A stretch of 64,000 nt of DNA, from positions 32,001 through 96,000 of the forward strand of contig JBIJDH010000011.1 in the NCBI GenBank assembly GCA_044344255.1, in the 5' to 3' direction. The notes below the pieces were generated by a model. It saw only the letters and a program-made list of their open reading frames with translations. It did no database searches and was not told the DNA's origin. The position numbers and the translations under genes were made by a program. The DNA is from Myxococcota bacterium (GTDB taxonomy: Bacteria; Myxococcota_A; UBA796; UBA2385). Every line of letters starts with the position of its first letter. The first letter of the stretch is position 1. Shown here in pieces: positions 62,819-64,000 of this stretch.

Positions 62819-63742
62819 ATGGGGCTCTTGAGCTGGCTTCGCGGAGACAAGAGCAAGGAGAACGCACCGAAGGGTGAGGCTGCCGGCGGGAAGGGCGGGC
62901 GGATCTCCAACGGCGCGGTCAGCGACGCCCTCCGCCGCCTCGACGGCTCCCCCGCCTCCATCGCCGAGGCGCGCCGCGTGGTGGGCTCGACCCAGCTCTC
63001 GAACGCCGAGCGGGCCGAGGCCTATCGTCGGATCAACAGCTCGGTGACCTACCGCAACCAGCGCGACAACGGGTCCGACGGCGACGTCATGTGCAACATG
63101 ACGAGCATGGCGATGGCCTTCAACGGCCTCGGCATGGGCGCGGATGAGTCGAAGAGCGGCCAGTACGAGAACGTGCTCGACAAGAAGCGCTCAGGGCTCG
63201 GCTTGTCTCGGTACGACGAGAAGCAGCGCGAGTCCCTCGCCGAGGGGATGGGCCTCGACGCCATCACGCTGCGCACGCCCGCCTTCTCGGACGGCCCGTC
63301 CGCCAAGGCCTGGTACTTGGAGAATGTCTATCCCCGAATGGCCGCGGGCTCGACGGCCACCTTCGGCGTAGCCGGGGGCAACGGGAGCGGTGGCACCTTC
63401 CGGCACGTCATCCGCCTCGAGTGGGTCGAGGACAAGGGGCTGCGAATCGACGACCCCTTCGGCGCGGGCGTCCAAGCCGACGAAGCCGGGACCGCCGGTT
63501 ACACCAAGCTGAATGACAAGCAGGGGCAGGGCGGCGTGGGTGAGAACGGCCTGCTCACCTGGGAGCAGGTCGCCCGCTTGAACAAGAGCCGCTACGTCCA
63601 GCTCTACGCGGCGAAGGGGCAGCCGAAGGCCCCCCCAGCCGGCGCGAGCAAGGCGCCCCCCACCGGAGCGCCCGCGGCGCCGAGCCCATCTCCTTCGCGG
63701 CCGAGCGGCTCCAGCGGCCGTCGGTCCGGCCCCCGCCGATAG
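62819..63742 (+). CDS. Peptidase C39-like (papain-fold) protein
   Basis: YRNQRDN...MCNMTSMAMA (Gln and catalytic Cys), RHVIRL (His), IDDPFG (Asp). Confidence 0.75.
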   Translation: MGLLSWLRGDKSKENAPKGEAAGGKGGRISNGAVSDALRRLDGSPASIAEARRVVGSTQLSNAERAEAYRRINSSVTYRNQRDNGSDGDVMCNMTSMAMAFNGLGMGADESKSGQYENVLDKKRSGLGLSRYDEKQRESLAEGMGLDAITLRTPAFSDGPSAKAWYLENVYPRMAAGSTATFGVAGGNGSGGTFRHVIRLEWVEDKGLRIDDPFGAGVQADEAGTAGYTKLNDKQGQGGVGENGLLTWEQVARLNKSRYVQLYAAKGQPKAPPAGASKAPPTGAPAAPSPSPSRPSGSSGRRSGPRR

Positions 63743-63751
63743 GGCTCCGGA

Positions 63752-64000
63752 TCAGCCCCGACGACGCCGAGAGAGGGCGGTCGCGGCGCCGAGGCCGAGC
63801 AGGCCGAGCGCCATCGGGGCGCCGGAGGGCGACCCATCCATGCCGGGGGTCGTACAGCCGCAGCCACCCTTTCCGCTGTCGCCGTCCCCATCGCCCGCGC
63901 CGCCCGTGTAGCCACCGTCCGCGCCATCTGCGCCATCCGTCCCGTCCGTGCCCTCCCCGCTGTCCACACCTCCGTCCACGGTCTCGTCTCCGATGACCCC
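63752..64000 (-). CDS. C-terminal end of a MYXO-CTERM sorting-domain protein (truncated by the window edge)
   Basis: DG-rich linker, then GKGGCGC...ALGLLGLGAATALSRRRG. Confidence 0.8.
   Translation of the reverse strand, partial: GVIGDETVDGGVDSGEGTDGTDGADGADGGYTGGAGDGDGDSGKGGCGCTTPGMDGSPSGAPMALGLLGLGAATALSRRRRG

Noticed and set aside
1..64000. tRNA, rRNA, riboswitch, IS elements
   Set aside because: No recognisable cloverleaf, rRNA or transposase motifs in the short intergenic regions; by-eye check only.

Overview
Very GC-rich bacterial window with the hallmarks of a myxobacterium (Myxococcota-like): a MYXO-CTERM sorting tail, MopE-type Cys/Asp repeat proteins, Hanks-type kinases and several sigma54 activators. 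About 43 CDS are supportable. I found no rRNA, tRNA, CRISPR array, integrase, transposase or reverse transcriptase. Housekeeping blocks are nfeD-flotillin-flotillin, pal-cpoB-MBL hydrolase, gltA-sucC-sucD, an ABC-F ATPase, a POT peptide transporter and a beta-carbonic anhydrase. The best candidate for an undescribed system is a cassette that occurs twice. Each copy has a paralogous GAF-sigma54 activator tightly coupled to a multidomain Ser/Thr kinase and next to a protease: a lipoprotein subtilase at 27.4-33.7 kb and an atypical caspase at 50.7-57.7 kb. Each copy also has a near-consensus sigma54 -24/-12 promoter (TGGCAYG-N4-CTGCA) in front of a lipoprotein gene. Other oddities are an activator built from three nested or degenerate AAA+ modules plus an FHA-like domain, and a triplicated 18-bp repeat whose two amber stops separate a 1243-aa effector-like protein from an in-frame TPR gene. 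There is also a stand-alone membrane-anchored VgrG spike-tip protein, an HcrAB-like molybdoenzyme pair lacking its 2Fe-2S subunit, and a possible RRE-fused MidA-like methyltransferase. All family assignments are by eye from motifs; no database search was run.
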